64,000 bases of DNA from Alphaproteobacteria bacterium (GCA_017472065.1 JAFURB010000004.1:17034-81033); one strand, 5' to 3'; positions 1 to 11,139 are shown, counted from the first letter of the stretch. The notes: generated by a model from the sequence alone, not told the origin. Numbers and translations: made by a program.

Positions 1-503
1 ATTATTCCCGACCCAATTGCCAACGAATATTCTGGGATATATGGTGGCATGGTCTTGTTAATTAAATATGCCAAGATAACAACAAATATTCCTTCGATAA
101 ACAACCGCATTGATGGGGTTAAACCATTTGATGCCTTTTTAGACTGGGATGTAACTTTTTTATAATCGTCTGCAAACCCCAGCGCACCAAACATCACCAA
201 TGACAACAATGAAATCCAGCCCGGTAAATTATTATGCATTGGCATGAACAATATTGCACCAACCAATATCGCAACAACAACCAATATCCCACCCATTGTT
301 GGGGTACCGGCCTTTTTACGATGGGCCGCGGGTACATTTTCACTGATTGGTTGGCCGCGTTTTTGCCATGCATGCATCGCGCGAATAAAAGGACGACCAA
401 ACATCAACATGATTAAAAACGCAGTACCAAATGCGGCACCAAACTGCATCCAGCCACTGGCAAAAAATGTTAATCCATGGGATAAGAAATAATCGGTCAG
501 CAT
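1..503 (-). CDS. mraY: Phospho-N-acetylmuramoyl-pentapeptide transferase, 5' part (runs off the window start)
   Basis: Manual translation from the ATG at 503 (RBS AAGGAG) gives GQPISENVPAAHRKKAGTPTMGG and LGFADDYKK, both MraY motifs. Confidence 0.93.
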   Translation of the reverse strand, partial: MLTDYFLSHGLTFFASGWMQFGAAFGTAFLIMLMFGRPFIRAMHAWQKRGQPISENVPAAHRKKAGTPTMGGILVVVAILVGAILFMPMHNNLPGWISLLSLVMFGALGFADDYKKVTSQSKKASNGLTPSMRLFIEGIFVVILAYLINKTMPPYIPEYSLAIGSGI

Positions 504-562
504 AATACAAACTCCTTGCCTTATGCTGGTTATTCTATCACATAAAAATATGAAAATAAATC

Positions 563-874
563 TTATTTAATCAAACATTCAATCATTGTTTCGTCTGGCC
601 CCAGAAACATCGTCCACGCGTTACCTTTGCCCCACAAAACAACATTGGTATCATTTAAGAAACCACTGTATTTTGCGCCAGACGCACTTTGTGTCAATAC
701 CAATTCAACCGCATCCCCAGAAATAATTGCGTGCATGATGGCGCCATCATCTGAAAATTCCATTTCAACATTGTAATTTCCACACGAATAAGCGTTTTTT
801 TGTGAAACCGTTTCATTGCCATCGCATGCTGTCAGGCAACCCAATACCAACATAAAAATTATTGATTTTTTCAT
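563..874 (-). CDS. MliC/PliC-family lysozyme inhibitor lipoprotein
   Basis: Start MKKSIIF with lipobox LTAC; SASGAKY and LWGKG motifs; conserved Cys pair. Confidence 0.8.
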   Translation of the reverse strand: MKKSIIFMLVLGCLTACDGNETVSQKNAYSCGNYNVEMEFSDDGAIMHAIISGDAVELVLTQSASGAKYSGFLNDTNVVLWGKGNAWTMFLGPDETMIECLIK

Positions 875-890
875 ATTTTGTCCCCTTGGG

Positions 891-2936
891 TTAAAATATA
901 CCACCAACAACCGCACTGGACGCATCCTGATGCACAATGGGGGCCGGATTCGGCGATTGATTGGGCTTGAAAGCCTCGGTAATAATAGTGCCAGACGGGT
1001 CGGCCGATGCCGCAACACCAGTCGCGCGGTTTACACGCATAAATGTCATGCCATTTGGAACAGAAAACGGTTGATTCTTTTCATCCGCCAGGGCCGTTTT
1101 CATAAAGTCTGCAAACACACGCGCGGCCATATGTGAACCTGCACCCCGCCCCAGTGGCTTTGGATTATCAAACCCCAGATACACACCCGCAATCAGATTC
1201 TTGGTAAAGCCGACGAACCAAACATCTTTGACATCGTTTGTGGTTCCTGTTTTGCCGGCAATTGTATGACCAGAAACACGTGCCTGTTTGCCAGTACCAC
1301 GTTCAACCGCCCCCTGTAAAATCGATACCATTTGGTAAAGACTTTGCGGGTCAGACAGTGGTTCTGATTCATCCACAACTGTCGGCGGCAATAAATCAGG
1401 CGACCACTGAATCATTTCAGATTCAGCACCACCCAATACCCGGCCATATCGGTCGGCGATATAGTCAACCATTTTTGGGGTTATTGCATGGCCACCGTTG
1501 ACAAATGCAGAATATCCCAATACTAATTTTTCCAATGTTGTTTCGCCAGACCCCAATGCCATGGACAGATTAATGTTCTTCATATCATCGGGATAAACAC
1601 CGAAACGTTGGGCAACCTCTATCGATTCTGCTTCGCCGATTGTTTGCACCAGGCGAACCGTCGGCACATTGCGCGATGTTTCCAATGACAATCGCAACGG
1701 CACATCGCCCAAGAATTTTTTATCATAGTTTTCAGGCTTCCATTCACTTAAATCTTCGCGGACACCAACAATTGGTGCATCCAACAGTAAACTTTGTGGG
1801 CTGTAACCGCGTTCCAGGGCCGCCAGGTATACAAACGGTTTTATGGTTGATCCAACCTGGCGATATGCCTGGGTGGCACGGTTAAACGAACTGTCGCGGA
1901 ACGAATGGCCACCAACCATTGCAACAATGCGCCCGGTGTGCGGATTCATTGCAATTAATGCACCCTGCAATGGTTCCGCATCAGGATGATTTTTGTTATA
2001 CGCATCCAATTCTTTGACCAGGGCCGCCGTTGCCGCGCGTTGAAATTCTGGGTTAATTGTTGTTTTGATGTAAAGGCCCTGGTTATACAAAACCTCGCGA
2101 CCAAGGGTGCGTAGTAACTGGCGACGAACATCTTCGGCAAAATATTGGAAATCAGGTTCCATCTGGGCGGTAAAGCCGCTGTTGATATTTAATTCTTCGG
2201 CAGATGCGATGTCGGCATCCGATTGGGTTATATATCCTTCTTCGACCATGCGACGCAGAACATAGTTGCGACGTTCAATCGCATTTTCACGATTATTGGG
2301 TGCCTTGGGCAGGGATGCCAAAAACGCACACTGGGCCAGGGATAATTCCGACACAGGTTTATTAAAATACATCAATGCCGCCGACCCAACACCATATGCG
2401 CGTGCGCCCAAGAATATCTGGTTCATATACAGGGTCAAAATATGCTGTTTTGAAAATGTGCGTTCCAGGCGCAGTGCCAAAATCGCTTCTTTTATTTTAC
2501 GCGAAATAGTGCGTTCAGATGATAAAAAGAAATTCTTTGCAACCTGTTGTGTGATGGTTGATGCGCCAGAAAAACTGGCATTATACCCCATCATACGCAT
2601 CGCATTGTTTATGGCGGCACGAATTATTCCCTGGATATCAATGCCGGGATGTGTCCAGAAATTTTGATCTTCGGCCGCGATAAATGCATTTACCAACTGT
2701 GGTGGCATATCATCATAATCAATAAAAACACGGCGTTCCTCTGCATATTCAATTAACAAAGAACCATCCGCCGCATAAAGGCGTGTTGCCACCGGTGGCG
2801 CGTATGTCGCCAGGTTTTTATAATCCGGTAAATCATTTCCATAAATCAAAACCAATGCCGCAACCGCCGCAATACCCGCAGTAAAGCACCAGAATATTAT
2901 GTTCAAGAAAATACGCAGAATCTTTTTGAATTTCAT
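891..2936 (-). CDS. mrcA: Penicillin-binding protein 1A (transglycosylase/transpeptidase)
   Basis: EDQNFWTHPGID, GASTITQQVAKN, RKIKEA, GSTIKPF (SxxK), SRN and KTGT motifs. Confidence 0.95.
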   Translation of the reverse strand: MKFKKILRIFLNIIFWCFTAGIAAVAALVLIYGNDLPDYKNLATYAPPVATRLYAADGSLLIEYAEERRVFIDYDDMPPQLVNAFIAAEDQNFWTHPGIDIQGIIRAAINNAMRMMGYNASFSGASTITQQVAKNFFLSSERTISRKIKEAILALRLERTFSKQHILTLYMNQIFLGARAYGVGSAALMYFNKPVSELSLAQCAFLASLPKAPNNRENAIERRNYVLRRMVEEGYITQSDADIASAEELNINSGFTAQMEPDFQYFAEDVRRQLLRTLGREVLYNQGLYIKTTINPEFQRAATAALVKELDAYNKNHPDAEPLQGALIAMNPHTGRIVAMVGGHSFRDSSFNRATQAYRQVGSTIKPFVYLAALERGYSPQSLLLDAPIVGVREDLSEWKPENYDKKFLGDVPLRLSLETSRNVPTVRLVQTIGEAESIEVAQRFGVYPDDMKNINLSMALGSGETTLEKLVLGYSAFVNGGHAITPKMVDYIADRYGRVLGGAESEMIQWSPDLLPPTVVDESEPLSDPQSLYQMVSILQGAVERGTGKQARVSGHTIAGKTGTTNDVKDVWFVGFTKNLIAGVYLGFDNPKPLGRGAGSHMAARVFADFMKTALADEKNQPFSVPNGMTFMRVNRATGVAASADPSGTIITEAFKPNQSPNPAPIVHQDASSAVVGGIF

Positions 2937-3048
2937 AATATTTGAATTTTAAGACAAAGTCATACGATTTGCAAGCAACAAAAACTTGACAAGTTTGATA
3001 TTTGTGCTATTTTTAATTACAAATATTTACAACCAAGGAGTTATATGT

Positions 3049-3372
3049 ATGAAAGAAACACAGAAATCTATTGTTTTGGCAAGTAAAATTAGCGGCTTTG
3101 ATGCAGGTATTATGTGTGATTGCCAGTCCGGCATTAACGAACACCGGTCGTATCATGAAGTTTTGGCATATAATCCACAGTGGGGTTCGTTTATTATGAC
3201 ACCTGCTAATACAAAAAAAGCGCGCGATATACGATTTGCGGACGCCAAACGTGGTGATTTATTACTATGTACTCGTATAGAAGATGGAAATGATGTAAGC
3301 TACGTTGTTGACGAGTATTTGACATTACAAAAGATAGCAAAAGAATTTACAGAATCCCAAAAACAGAAATAA
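3049..3372 (+). CDS. Hypothetical protein
   Basis: RBS AAGGAG before the ATG at 3049, promoter-like TTGACA upstream, terminator downstream. Confidence 0.65.
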   Translation: MKETQKSIVLASKISGFDAGIMCDCQSGINEHRSYHEVLAYNPQWGSFIMTPANTKKARDIRFADAKRGDLLLCTRIEDGNDVSYVVDEYLTLQKIAKEFTESQKQK

Positions 3373-3400
3373 AAATCCCCGCAACTGCGGGGATTTTTTT
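3371..3400. terminator. Bidirectional intrinsic terminator
   Basis: AAAAATCCCCGCA-AC-TGCGGGGATTTTTTT between convergent genes. Confidence 0.85.
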
Positions 3401-6400
3401 ATTCCATGCTGGTGGTGATGATGTCACCGTATTGGCCGGCCTCTTCGCCACCGATATAACAGTAGATATGATTACCGATTTCGTTCATGAATGTATCATA
3501 TGCTTCCTGTTCGGCTTTGTCCAGATTGGCTTCTTTGATTGCCTTGGTCGCAAAGAAGGTTAATGCCCCACCCGCAACCGCCGTTACCGCACCGGTTATG
3601 CCGGCCGCCGTCTTGATATCTTTGGTGGAAACATCTGTGTCTTCTTCTGTCAGCGCCAGACGACATTCCGTCGCCAATTCATTTGCAGCAGTTTCCAGCG
3701 CCCGCCATTTTGGTTCGTCACCCCACTGCACATTTGAGGTTGAAATTCTTTGTTTATCTGTAATTGAATTTTTAAATTCACCCAATGCTGTACTCAACTT
3801 TGACACCTTATCATTATCAACACCGGCATCCAGGGCTGCATCAATTGCATAACGAACATATCTGGACAACTCGTCACTGTTACGATATGAGTACACATTA
3901 TTGACCGCACTTCGACAGTTCTTTAGCAACTGTTCTGGTGTTTTTCTGCCCATAATGCTTGTATTCAGGCCGGTCAAACCAGACAATTTTCCAAACATAT
4001 CACCACGTGCAATGCTGGATCCCATGTATGCACCACCGATACCGGTTCCAATCGCCGCAACCGGTGCCAGCCACCATTCAAGGTTTTTAACCTGGGATTT
4101 TTCTTTGTCTGCACGTGCATCTTTGCCAACCAGTTCGGCAATTTTTTCCAAATCTTTGCCGTCAATCCAGCTGCCACAGGTGAAACTGTCGCCGGCGGCA
4201 AAGTATGCCGTTGCCCAATCTGCACCTTTGTTAATTGCATCTTGGATATCTTTGTTGTCTGATTGTACATTTACGCGTACACGACAGAATGAACCGTACA
4301 ATTCATTACTGGCCACAAATTGATTTGGTTTCAGACCCGCGGTCGCATAGGTCGTTGGAACCTTGTTATTTTTCAATTTAGCCCACATAAATGTCGAACC
4401 TAAATCATTTTTACCCATAATTCCGCCAGAATTTGACGACATACACAGATTCTGTTGTTTCGTTAATTTGGCGTTATATTTGGCCTGGGCTTCGTATTCG
4501 ATATCCGTAATCAATTCACGGAACAACGAATTTGCAGCCTGGGTTGTTAAATATGTTTTGAACGATTCATAAATTGGTTCATCATAGACATCACCATCGG
4601 CATCCATTTCATAACAAATGCCTTCGTACCCCTTGGAATTGGCGCAAATCTTGTTACCATTGGCATCGGTTTTTTGAACTGTTTCGGTATCAACCGTCAC
4701 AGATTTAGAACCGCCCGCATCAACCCAACCATCGCGTACAGATGAACTGTTGCCCCAGTTGTTTGTTAAATTTGCACCCTGGGCCAGACGCGCCTGTTCG
4801 ATTTTCAGGTGTTCATCACAGACATCTGCACCCTTGACCGTGTTCATGCACAACCCCAATACGATTGTGTAATCCAGTACACCACCAACCTTGTTCATTG
4901 ATTTGTCAAAGTCTTCATCACCGCTTTTGGTCAAATCACCAACAATGTCGGTACGATTGCGATAGCAATTTGCATAATCTGTTCCGCACATTGTTTTTAC
5001 ACAACTGGTCGCGACGGATTGACACTGTTTTTTCATTTCTGCAATTGCGGCCATGCTGTAATTATTTGACAATGTCGCATTTAATGATGCAACAACACCA
5101 ATTGGATCAGGCTTGGTCATTTCATCATATTCTGGGAACAATGTATCAAACACACTGTTGTTCAGGTATGAATAAGAATATGCCTGGTTCTTGACCGATG
5201 CGTATGCATACTGGCAATTTGTGTCGGTGTTAACAATTGATTCACATCCGCGCTTGATTTGTTCGCGAACAGATTCCTTGTTAATGGATTCATTTGAACC
5301 ATTAAATACAGATGTATAACATACAGAACCAATACCTTCGCCACAGGTACGCATGGCGCATGAACGAATTGTTTCGCTGCACTTGTCCTTGGCACGGGTG
5401 TCAAATTTCTGCATTATATCTTGGATTTTTGAATCAACATATTTTTTGCGTTGATCAATTGCCGCTTCGAACACTTCTTCTTGGGCATCGATGTCGGACA
5501 ATTCGCCCTTGGTCGGTGTTTTTTCACGGAATGTCATATGACAATATTTATTTGCACCAATTGTATCCAGGCAAGATGTTTTCAGATAACGATTAACATC
5601 ACTTTTTGAAATTGCATCTGTGCCAGTGGCCGATGTTGTAATTGCGGTGACATCTTCGCTTTCCGATGCCAGGTTTGCCGCCGTAACTGTTTCCAGGGTC
5701 GAACCTTCGATACAACGGAACGGATTCGCGGTACACGCACCCAAGAAACACTGTTCAACAACCTTGTAGCATGTAGAAACCGCATTCATTGCCGCCAATT
5801 GCGCGCCGTCTTCTATCATAGATGACACGCGACCACCGATTGTCGAACTGGACGGTGTCCATGGATATACACCCAATAATTCTTTGACACCGGCACTTTG
5901 ACAACGGGCCAATGTTGAATCACAGAATAATGCCTGTTTGCGGAATTCTTTGGCAGTGGTACATAATTCAAAGTCTGCACCACAAACACTGTCTTTGTGT
6001 AAACATGATGTATAACGTTTAACGCATGTCGATGTATCATACTGGTTATTAATGGCCGCCGCAGAAATCCATTGCCCCATGGCACTGCCATCTGTTGGGT
6101 ATGTATAGTCCAATATTTCTTTGGTAACGGAATCCTGGGTTTTAATGTTGCCCAATGACGAAATCGATGATGTTCCAAACAAACTATTAACACCGGCGGC
6201 GGTACACTGGGATAAAACATTTAAGCACATTGGCATTTTGCCATGAAACAGTTTGCGGGTCGTACATTCTTCAAATTCAGAACCACATGCATCATCAGCC
6301 TTCATACATTCGGTGTATGCATCGGCGCATTCTTTGTCAGACAGCGATGCAGTTGTATTCGTAACCGTCGTCGTTGTGGCCGCAGAATTGATGTATGCCG

Positions 6401-6524
6401 TCAATGTTGGCAAACGACGCGATGTCGCAGTGTTCATAACACTTGGCCGTGCCGTCGCCGCGTATGCCGCAGGAATCGCGGCAAAAATAGCCAACAAACT
6501 AACTGTTTTTTTGAATAAAGACAT
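3399..6524 (-). CDS. Large secreted cysteine-rich repeat protein (1041 aa), function unknown
   Basis: Signal peptide (AAYA|A), Thr-rich linker, internal Cys repeats, C-terminal Gly-rich hydrophobic segments. Confidence 0.85.
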   Translation of the reverse strand: MSLFKKTVSLLAIFAAIPAAYAATARPSVMNTATSRRLPTLTAYINSAATTTTVTNTTASLSDKECADAYTECMKADDACGSEFEECTTRKLFHGKMPMCLNVLSQCTAAGVNSLFGTSSISSLGNIKTQDSVTKEILDYTYPTDGSAMGQWISAAAINNQYDTSTCVKRYTSCLHKDSVCGADFELCTTAKEFRKQALFCDSTLARCQSAGVKELLGVYPWTPSSSTIGGRVSSMIEDGAQLAAMNAVSTCYKVVEQCFLGACTANPFRCIEGSTLETVTAANLASESEDVTAITTSATGTDAISKSDVNRYLKTSCLDTIGANKYCHMTFREKTPTKGELSDIDAQEEVFEAAIDQRKKYVDSKIQDIMQKFDTRAKDKCSETIRSCAMRTCGEGIGSVCYTSVFNGSNESINKESVREQIKRGCESIVNTDTNCQYAYASVKNQAYSYSYLNNSVFDTLFPEYDEMTKPDPIGVVASLNATLSNNYSMAAIAEMKKQCQSVATSCVKTMCGTDYANCYRNRTDIVGDLTKSGDEDFDKSMNKVGGVLDYTIVLGLCMNTVKGADVCDEHLKIEQARLAQGANLTNNWGNSSSVRDGWVDAGGSKSVTVDTETVQKTDANGNKICANSKGYEGICYEMDADGDVYDEPIYESFKTYLTTQAANSLFRELITDIEYEAQAKYNAKLTKQQNLCMSSNSGGIMGKNDLGSTFMWAKLKNNKVPTTYATAGLKPNQFVASNELYGSFCRVRVNVQSDNKDIQDAINKGADWATAYFAAGDSFTCGSWIDGKDLEKIAELVGKDARADKEKSQVKNLEWWLAPVAAIGTGIGGAYMGSSIARGDMFGKLSGLTGLNTSIMGRKTPEQLLKNCRSAVNNVYSYRNSDELSRYVRYAIDAALDAGVDNDKVSKLSTALGEFKNSITDKQRISTSNVQWGDEPKWRALETAANELATECRLALTEEDTDVSTKDIKTAAGITGAVTAVAGGALTFFATKAIKEANLDKAEQEAYDTFMNEIGNHIYCYIGGEEAGQYGDIITTSME

Positions 6525-6605
6525 TCCCAGACTCCATATACTTTTGATTTATTTTAACATAAAAAAGCAATATTGGAAAGGGAAAAATAGTCAAATCTAA
6601 GACAA

Positions 6606-7565
6606 TTATCCAATTTCAGACAGCAGATATTTCAATTCATCCATATCATCGGGCAGGCGTGTTTTGAAACGCATATTTTCACCCGTTATGGGATGCGTAA
6701 ATTCCAATAATTCTGCATGTAACATTTGACCATCGTGTTCACGCAGAAATTCCAGCAGTTCTGGATTCTTGACAGACCCCAGGCGCGATGCGCCGCGTCC
6801 ATAAATCGGGTCACACAACACCGGAAAACCATGTGACGACATATGAACACGTATCTGGTGTGTACGACCCGTCATTAATGTACAGCGAAATTGTGTAACA
6901 CCGGCGCGTGGAAAGGCATTTATAACATCAACCTCGGTATGGGCGGGTTTGCCACCGGTCTTAACCATTGTCATTTTTTGACGATTACGGGACGAACGCG
7001 CAATATTGCCTGTGATTGTGGCACTTTCCCAATTTGGAATACCCCACGCAAAACAGACATATTTGCGGGTCAAATCGTGCGCTGAAAATGTTTTAATCAA
7101 TCCGCGGTATGCCGCATCTGATTTTGCAAAAACCATAACACCACTGGTATCCTTGTCCAGGCGATGCACAACCCCGGGACGCGTATCGCCCCCCAGCGCC
7201 GATAAATGTGTATGCGCCAAGATATTTTGAACCAATGTTCCCGTTTTATTCCCCGCCGACGGATACATAACCACACCACGCGGTTTGTTTATAACGATTA
7301 TATCATCGTCTTCAAACAAGATATCCAGGTCAAAATCAGTCGAAATGTTTTCTGTGGCAACATCGGTCTGGGCATCTGGCACCACCACAGAAAAAATATC
7401 CCCCGAACGCGTTTTTTCAGAAAATTTAACCGCACAACCATCGCGCGTTACATTAAATTTTTGTATTTCACTGCGTGAAAATTCGGGCATCTGGGTGGCC
7501 AAGTATTTATCAACCCGAACACCGACATCTGTATCACCAACAATAAATTCGCGAACATCTGACAT
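6606..7565 (-). CDS. rluD: RluA-family pseudouridine synthase (RluD-like, with S4 domain)
   Basis: INKPRG, RPGVVHRLDKDTSG, TGRTHQIRVH and QMLHA motifs. Confidence 0.88.
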   Translation of the reverse strand: MSDVREFIVGDTDVGVRVDKYLATQMPEFSRSEIQKFNVTRDGCAVKFSEKTRSGDIFSVVVPDAQTDVATENISTDFDLDILFEDDDIIVINKPRGVVMYPSAGNKTGTLVQNILAHTHLSALGGDTRPGVVHRLDKDTSGVMVFAKSDAAYRGLIKTFSAHDLTRKYVCFAWGIPNWESATITGNIARSSRNRQKMTMVKTGGKPAHTEVDVINAFPRAGVTQFRCTLMTGRTHQIRVHMSSHGFPVLCDPIYGRGASRLGSVKNPELLEFLREHDGQMLHAELLEFTHPITGENMRFKTRLPDDMDELKYLLSEIG

Positions 7566-7577
7566 AAAAAACAACCC

Positions 7578-8048
7578 TTATTCATAATCATCCCAATCAG
7601 GACCACGCGTACACTTGGCGAAATCAACAACAAAATCACGGCCGCCATCACCGTCAATTTCACATGTCAAAATACCAGTCGTTGTTTCATCATCAGAATC
7701 ACGCGATGCATGAATCCACGCAAAATTTATAGTCTTTGGCATCGCCACACATGCCAGGCGCAAATGATGCGAACTGTTACCATTGGGGTCAATCCATGCC
7801 TGGACACTGCCCCCCAGACCATAACATGGAAAACCGTCCAGATAATACAGCATCAATCCACGACCAATTAGTGATGAACGCCCCTTAAACTCGCCACGAT
7901 ATTCATTTAGTGGACGGCCGGTGACGGCCTGCCAATCGGTACTGGTTGAAAAAATGGAAACCCGTGGTTGGACCGGGGTTTCGGTTGCACAGTACGCAGG
8001 CGCATAAACAAATAAACCAAACAATATTGCAAATATTTTATTTATCAT
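7578..8048 (-). CDS. Hypothetical exported protein
   Basis: Signal-peptide-like N-terminus MINKIFAILFGLFVYAPAYC; overlaps the upstream stop. Confidence 0.7.
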   Translation of the reverse strand: MINKIFAILFGLFVYAPAYCATETPVQPRVSIFSTSTDWQAVTGRPLNEYRGEFKGRSSLIGRGLMLYYLDGFPCYGLGGSVQAWIDPNGNSSHHLRLACVAMPKTINFAWIHASRDSDDETTTGILTCEIDGDGGRDFVVDFAKCTRGPDWDDYE

Positions 8049-8562
8049 TTTGCCCCCCATCAACAACCAAATATGCATCAATGCTTTTTATGTCCGATGT
8101 TACCGGCGCGGCCAGCACATGACGAAATTCTGATACACCGCCTGCATCCAACAATGTTGCAGATGGCATAAATTTCTGTTCAAAAATTTTGCGGCCATTT
8201 GCATCACGCAACACAATCATTATATCCGGCATGCCATATATGTCCGCAGTCTGGTTCGTGATTGTTCCAGACACAGCCAATTGGCGTACCCCGGATTCAT
8301 TTGTTATAACCGCGTGTTCTGTTACGCGGGCAACCAATGGCGCATCTTTGTCCGGGTCTGGTTTATGCGTAACAACAACCGCAACCACAAATACAATCAC
8401 CGACAACAGCGCACACAATGATGCAAAGAACATTAAAAACGCATTTTTACGCGCCGGTGCCGCAACCGTCCATGTATTCCCACATATCGCACAACGCACA
8501 GACGCCCCCGGGCGCGATGTCATATTGTATTCTGTTTTACAAAAATCACATGTAATCTTCAT
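8038..8562 (-). CDS. Zinc-ribbon membrane protein with DUF3426-like periplasmic domain
   Basis: MKITCDFC...VRCAICGNTW, a TM helix, then LAVSGTITN...PDIMIVLRDANG. Confidence 0.8.
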   Translation of the reverse strand: MKITCDFCKTEYNMTSRPGASVRCAICGNTWTVAAPARKNAFLMFFASLCALLSVIVFVVAVVVTHKPDPDKDAPLVARVTEHAVITNESGVRQLAVSGTITNQTADIYGMPDIMIVLRDANGRKIFEQKFMPSATLLDAGGVSEFRHVLAAPVTSDIKSIDAYLVVDGGQNDK

Positions 8563-8585
8563 ATCGTTATATATACCATAAAATA

Positions 8586-9917
8586 TTATAAATTCAACAG
8601 GCGATATTTCGCACGAACACGCGTTTGAATTTCGCGTATCGCGTTCATGTAATCTGCGGCTGTTGCGTTCTTGTTCGCGGCAACACCACCAAACAATTGT
8701 GTGGCATCGGTGCCAGGCATGCGTTCATAATGCGCCGCCAATGATGCCATGCGCGTCAATTCCGCCAACGACACATCAGAAAAATTAGCCGTCGACGAAC
8801 CAATATCCCAATAATAGTCTGAATCCTTGGAATCTTCGATACGATCATATACAACAAGTCGTGGGGTAATAGAACCCGCAAAACCGACGGTGGTATATAA
8901 TGCCTCTATCCGGCCAGATGTCATATCCAAAGACTGGGCAATTTTCAACACCGCCGGTTGTTCTTGATAATTAGAGTCATATGCATCAATAGATAAACCA
9001 GACAATGTTAAATTTGTTACCCATAAATCCGCCACAGAAAAAGATGAAAATTTACCAACATCACGCAGGGTGAATGTATTCGATACCTGCATCGTGCGAC
9101 CATCCGATGATAAACCACCGGCCACGGTTGCAATTTGCGATGTATATGTCGAATCAATTGATGTGCGGTTCTGGAAAATCATATCGCGCACAACAGCGGT
9201 TTTCATGGTTAAATCTTCGGACAATTGTAGTGCGGACACATCAAAAAATTTCGCATTACTGATATCATGTCCACCCAGATTCAATGGCGACATCATCGTG
9301 GCATCGGCAATATCATCCGATGGAACACGCCACAGATATAATGCATTGTCACGCTTTACCCCCGTTGTGCCAATAATACCATCAGATGTATCCAGCCCCA
9401 TATCAACCGTATCATTTCGCCATGCGCCATACGCACCATATGCACGCGTACCATCAACAAATCCCATGTTGCCACCACCTATATTAACAATTTCACGCGT
9501 GCGAATTGGTGTTATGTCCGGCGATGTATAAACAACAACACCTTGCAGGGTGGCACTGCCCGTGGTGTCGGTGGATTTTAATATGCGTAACTGATATTTA
9601 TCAGCATCCTGGGCGATTACCGGTGACAGACCATATTCTGTCAATTCAGCAATATTTACACGGGTTATATTTTTACCAACAGTACGCAATAAACCATCAC
9701 GGTTTTCAACAATATATCGTTCCAGAACATTTTGAATCGCGTTCATGTTTTGCGTTATCGCAATATTCTGGGTGCGAATCGCAGCACTTTGATGATATTG
9801 AAATACAAACGGTATCACCAACGCAGCCAGCGCAACACTTAGCAACAATTCTACCAACATGCTGCCACGGGATTGGTGTGAAAGAAAATCGCTAAAGATA
9901 TTTTTTGACCGTTTCAT
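8586..9917 (-). CDS. Shufflon PilV-N-like minor pilin/adhesin 3
   Basis: Prepilin site RG|SMLVE; YLWRVPSD..ATMMSPLNLGGHDISNA resembles the PilV constant region. Confidence 0.72.
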   Translation of the reverse strand: MKRSKNIFSDFLSHQSRGSMLVELLLSVALAALVIPFVFQYHQSAAIRTQNIAITQNMNAIQNVLERYIVENRDGLLRTVGKNITRVNIAELTEYGLSPVIAQDADKYQLRILKSTDTTGSATLQGVVVYTSPDITPIRTREIVNIGGGNMGFVDGTRAYGAYGAWRNDTVDMGLDTSDGIIGTTGVKRDNALYLWRVPSDDIADATMMSPLNLGGHDISNAKFFDVSALQLSEDLTMKTAVVRDMIFQNRTSIDSTYTSQIATVAGGLSSDGRTMQVSNTFTLRDVGKFSSFSVADLWVTNLTLSGLSIDAYDSNYQEQPAVLKIAQSLDMTSGRIEALYTTVGFAGSITPRLVVYDRIEDSKDSDYYWDIGSSTANFSDVSLAELTRMASLAAHYERMPGTDATQLFGGVAANKNATAADYMNAIREIQTRVRAKYRLLNL

Positions 9918-9918
9918 C

Positions 9919-11139
9919 TTATTCCGTTGGTAATACTGATTGTTCCATGCCAACACTTTGCCAGCCAGACTTTATTATATCATCAAATTCATTTTTTGAT
10001 GGCATCGACGGCATTGTGGCACGCGTGATATTAAATTTAGAAAACTGTGGTGGCGTCGTAGATGGAAATACCCAACGGCCAATCTGTAATGGCGCGGTCG
10101 TTGACATCAGCAATTCGCCCGACACCGTTAAACCAAAGTTTTCATAGAATATAATTTCTTCGGTGGATAAAAATGGCGCAACAACCGTACCGGTGGATAT
10201 GCCTGTAAAACCACCGACCGTTTTGGTTGAATCTGATTTCAAAACAAAATCACGCGACACATTGATAGAATCTGTGACGGTCGCACGATCTGTTATTACA
10301 CGCCCCAAGGTTGTATATCCGTTACCATTTAGTTTATCTGCAGTAATATTCTTAAAACCCGTAATATCCCCAGACACCCGCATATCATCGATAAATACAT
10401 CACCGCCATCCATATTTGCGCCCGATGAAAAATATACATTTTCAGCCGTCACATCATCTGCATTTACAAAAAATGCGTTTGCATTTGCAACCTTGGCAGA
10501 ATCGGCCAATACCGTCGCGATATTATAGACATTATACCCACCCATATTCAAATCGCGTTCCATTACATTTAATTTATCTTCACCAGATGTTGCACGATGC
10601 AGATATCGTGATGTATCTTCGCCGGCAACATCACGTGTAATGCGGTATATTAAATTGCCCGGCGCAAAATCAGGTGCCGAAACCGCCCAAGACGGTCCAT
10701 ACGCAACACCATCGTCACCAACAATCGCCGCATCTGGACCAATGTGCGATGCAATTCGCGATGCAGACAACAAATCATCACCAATTTCATACGCCAGATA
10801 TACATCTGTTATTGTTGCACCGCGCACCGCATATTTATCAATCATACCAGCGGTTGGAATATCTGATATTGTGGCCAGTTCTGCATCATCCAGTTTAATT
10901 TGCGCGACATCTGGCCATTTATCTTGGTTCATGCGAACAAAATTCAAAACATCATCACGCACATCCATAATCTGTTTTGCATGCGCCATATCACGAACAG
11001 TTTGGGTACTGCGCGCAATTTGGTTATACACAAACGGCGTGGCCAGTGCAATAATCCCCAGTGCCAATAAAACCTCTAGGATACTGGCACCGCGCGTTTC
11101 ATCTGTAAAGATTTTTACCCTAGATACAGTCACTGCCAC
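9919..11139 (-). CDS. Shufflon PilV-N-like minor pilin/adhesin 2
   Basis: Prepilin site RG|ASILE; YLHRATSGEDKLNVMERDLNMGGYNVYNI. Confidence 0.75.
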   Translation of the reverse strand: MAVTVSRVKIFTDETRGASILEVLLALGIIALATPFVYNQIARSTQTVRDMAHAKQIMDVRDDVLNFVRMNQDKWPDVAQIKLDDAELATISDIPTAGMIDKYAVRGATITDVYLAYEIGDDLLSASRIASHIGPDAAIVGDDGVAYGPSWAVSAPDFAPGNLIYRITRDVAGEDTSRYLHRATSGEDKLNVMERDLNMGGYNVYNIATVLADSAKVANANAFFVNADDVTAENVYFSSGANMDGGDVFIDDMRVSGDITGFKNITADKLNGNGYTTLGRVITDRATVTDSINVSRDFVLKSDSTKTVGGFTGISTGTVVAPFLSTEEIIFYENFGLTVSGELLMSTTAPLQIGRWVFPSTTPPQFSKFNITRATMPSMPSKNEFDDIIKSGWQSVGMEQSVLPTE

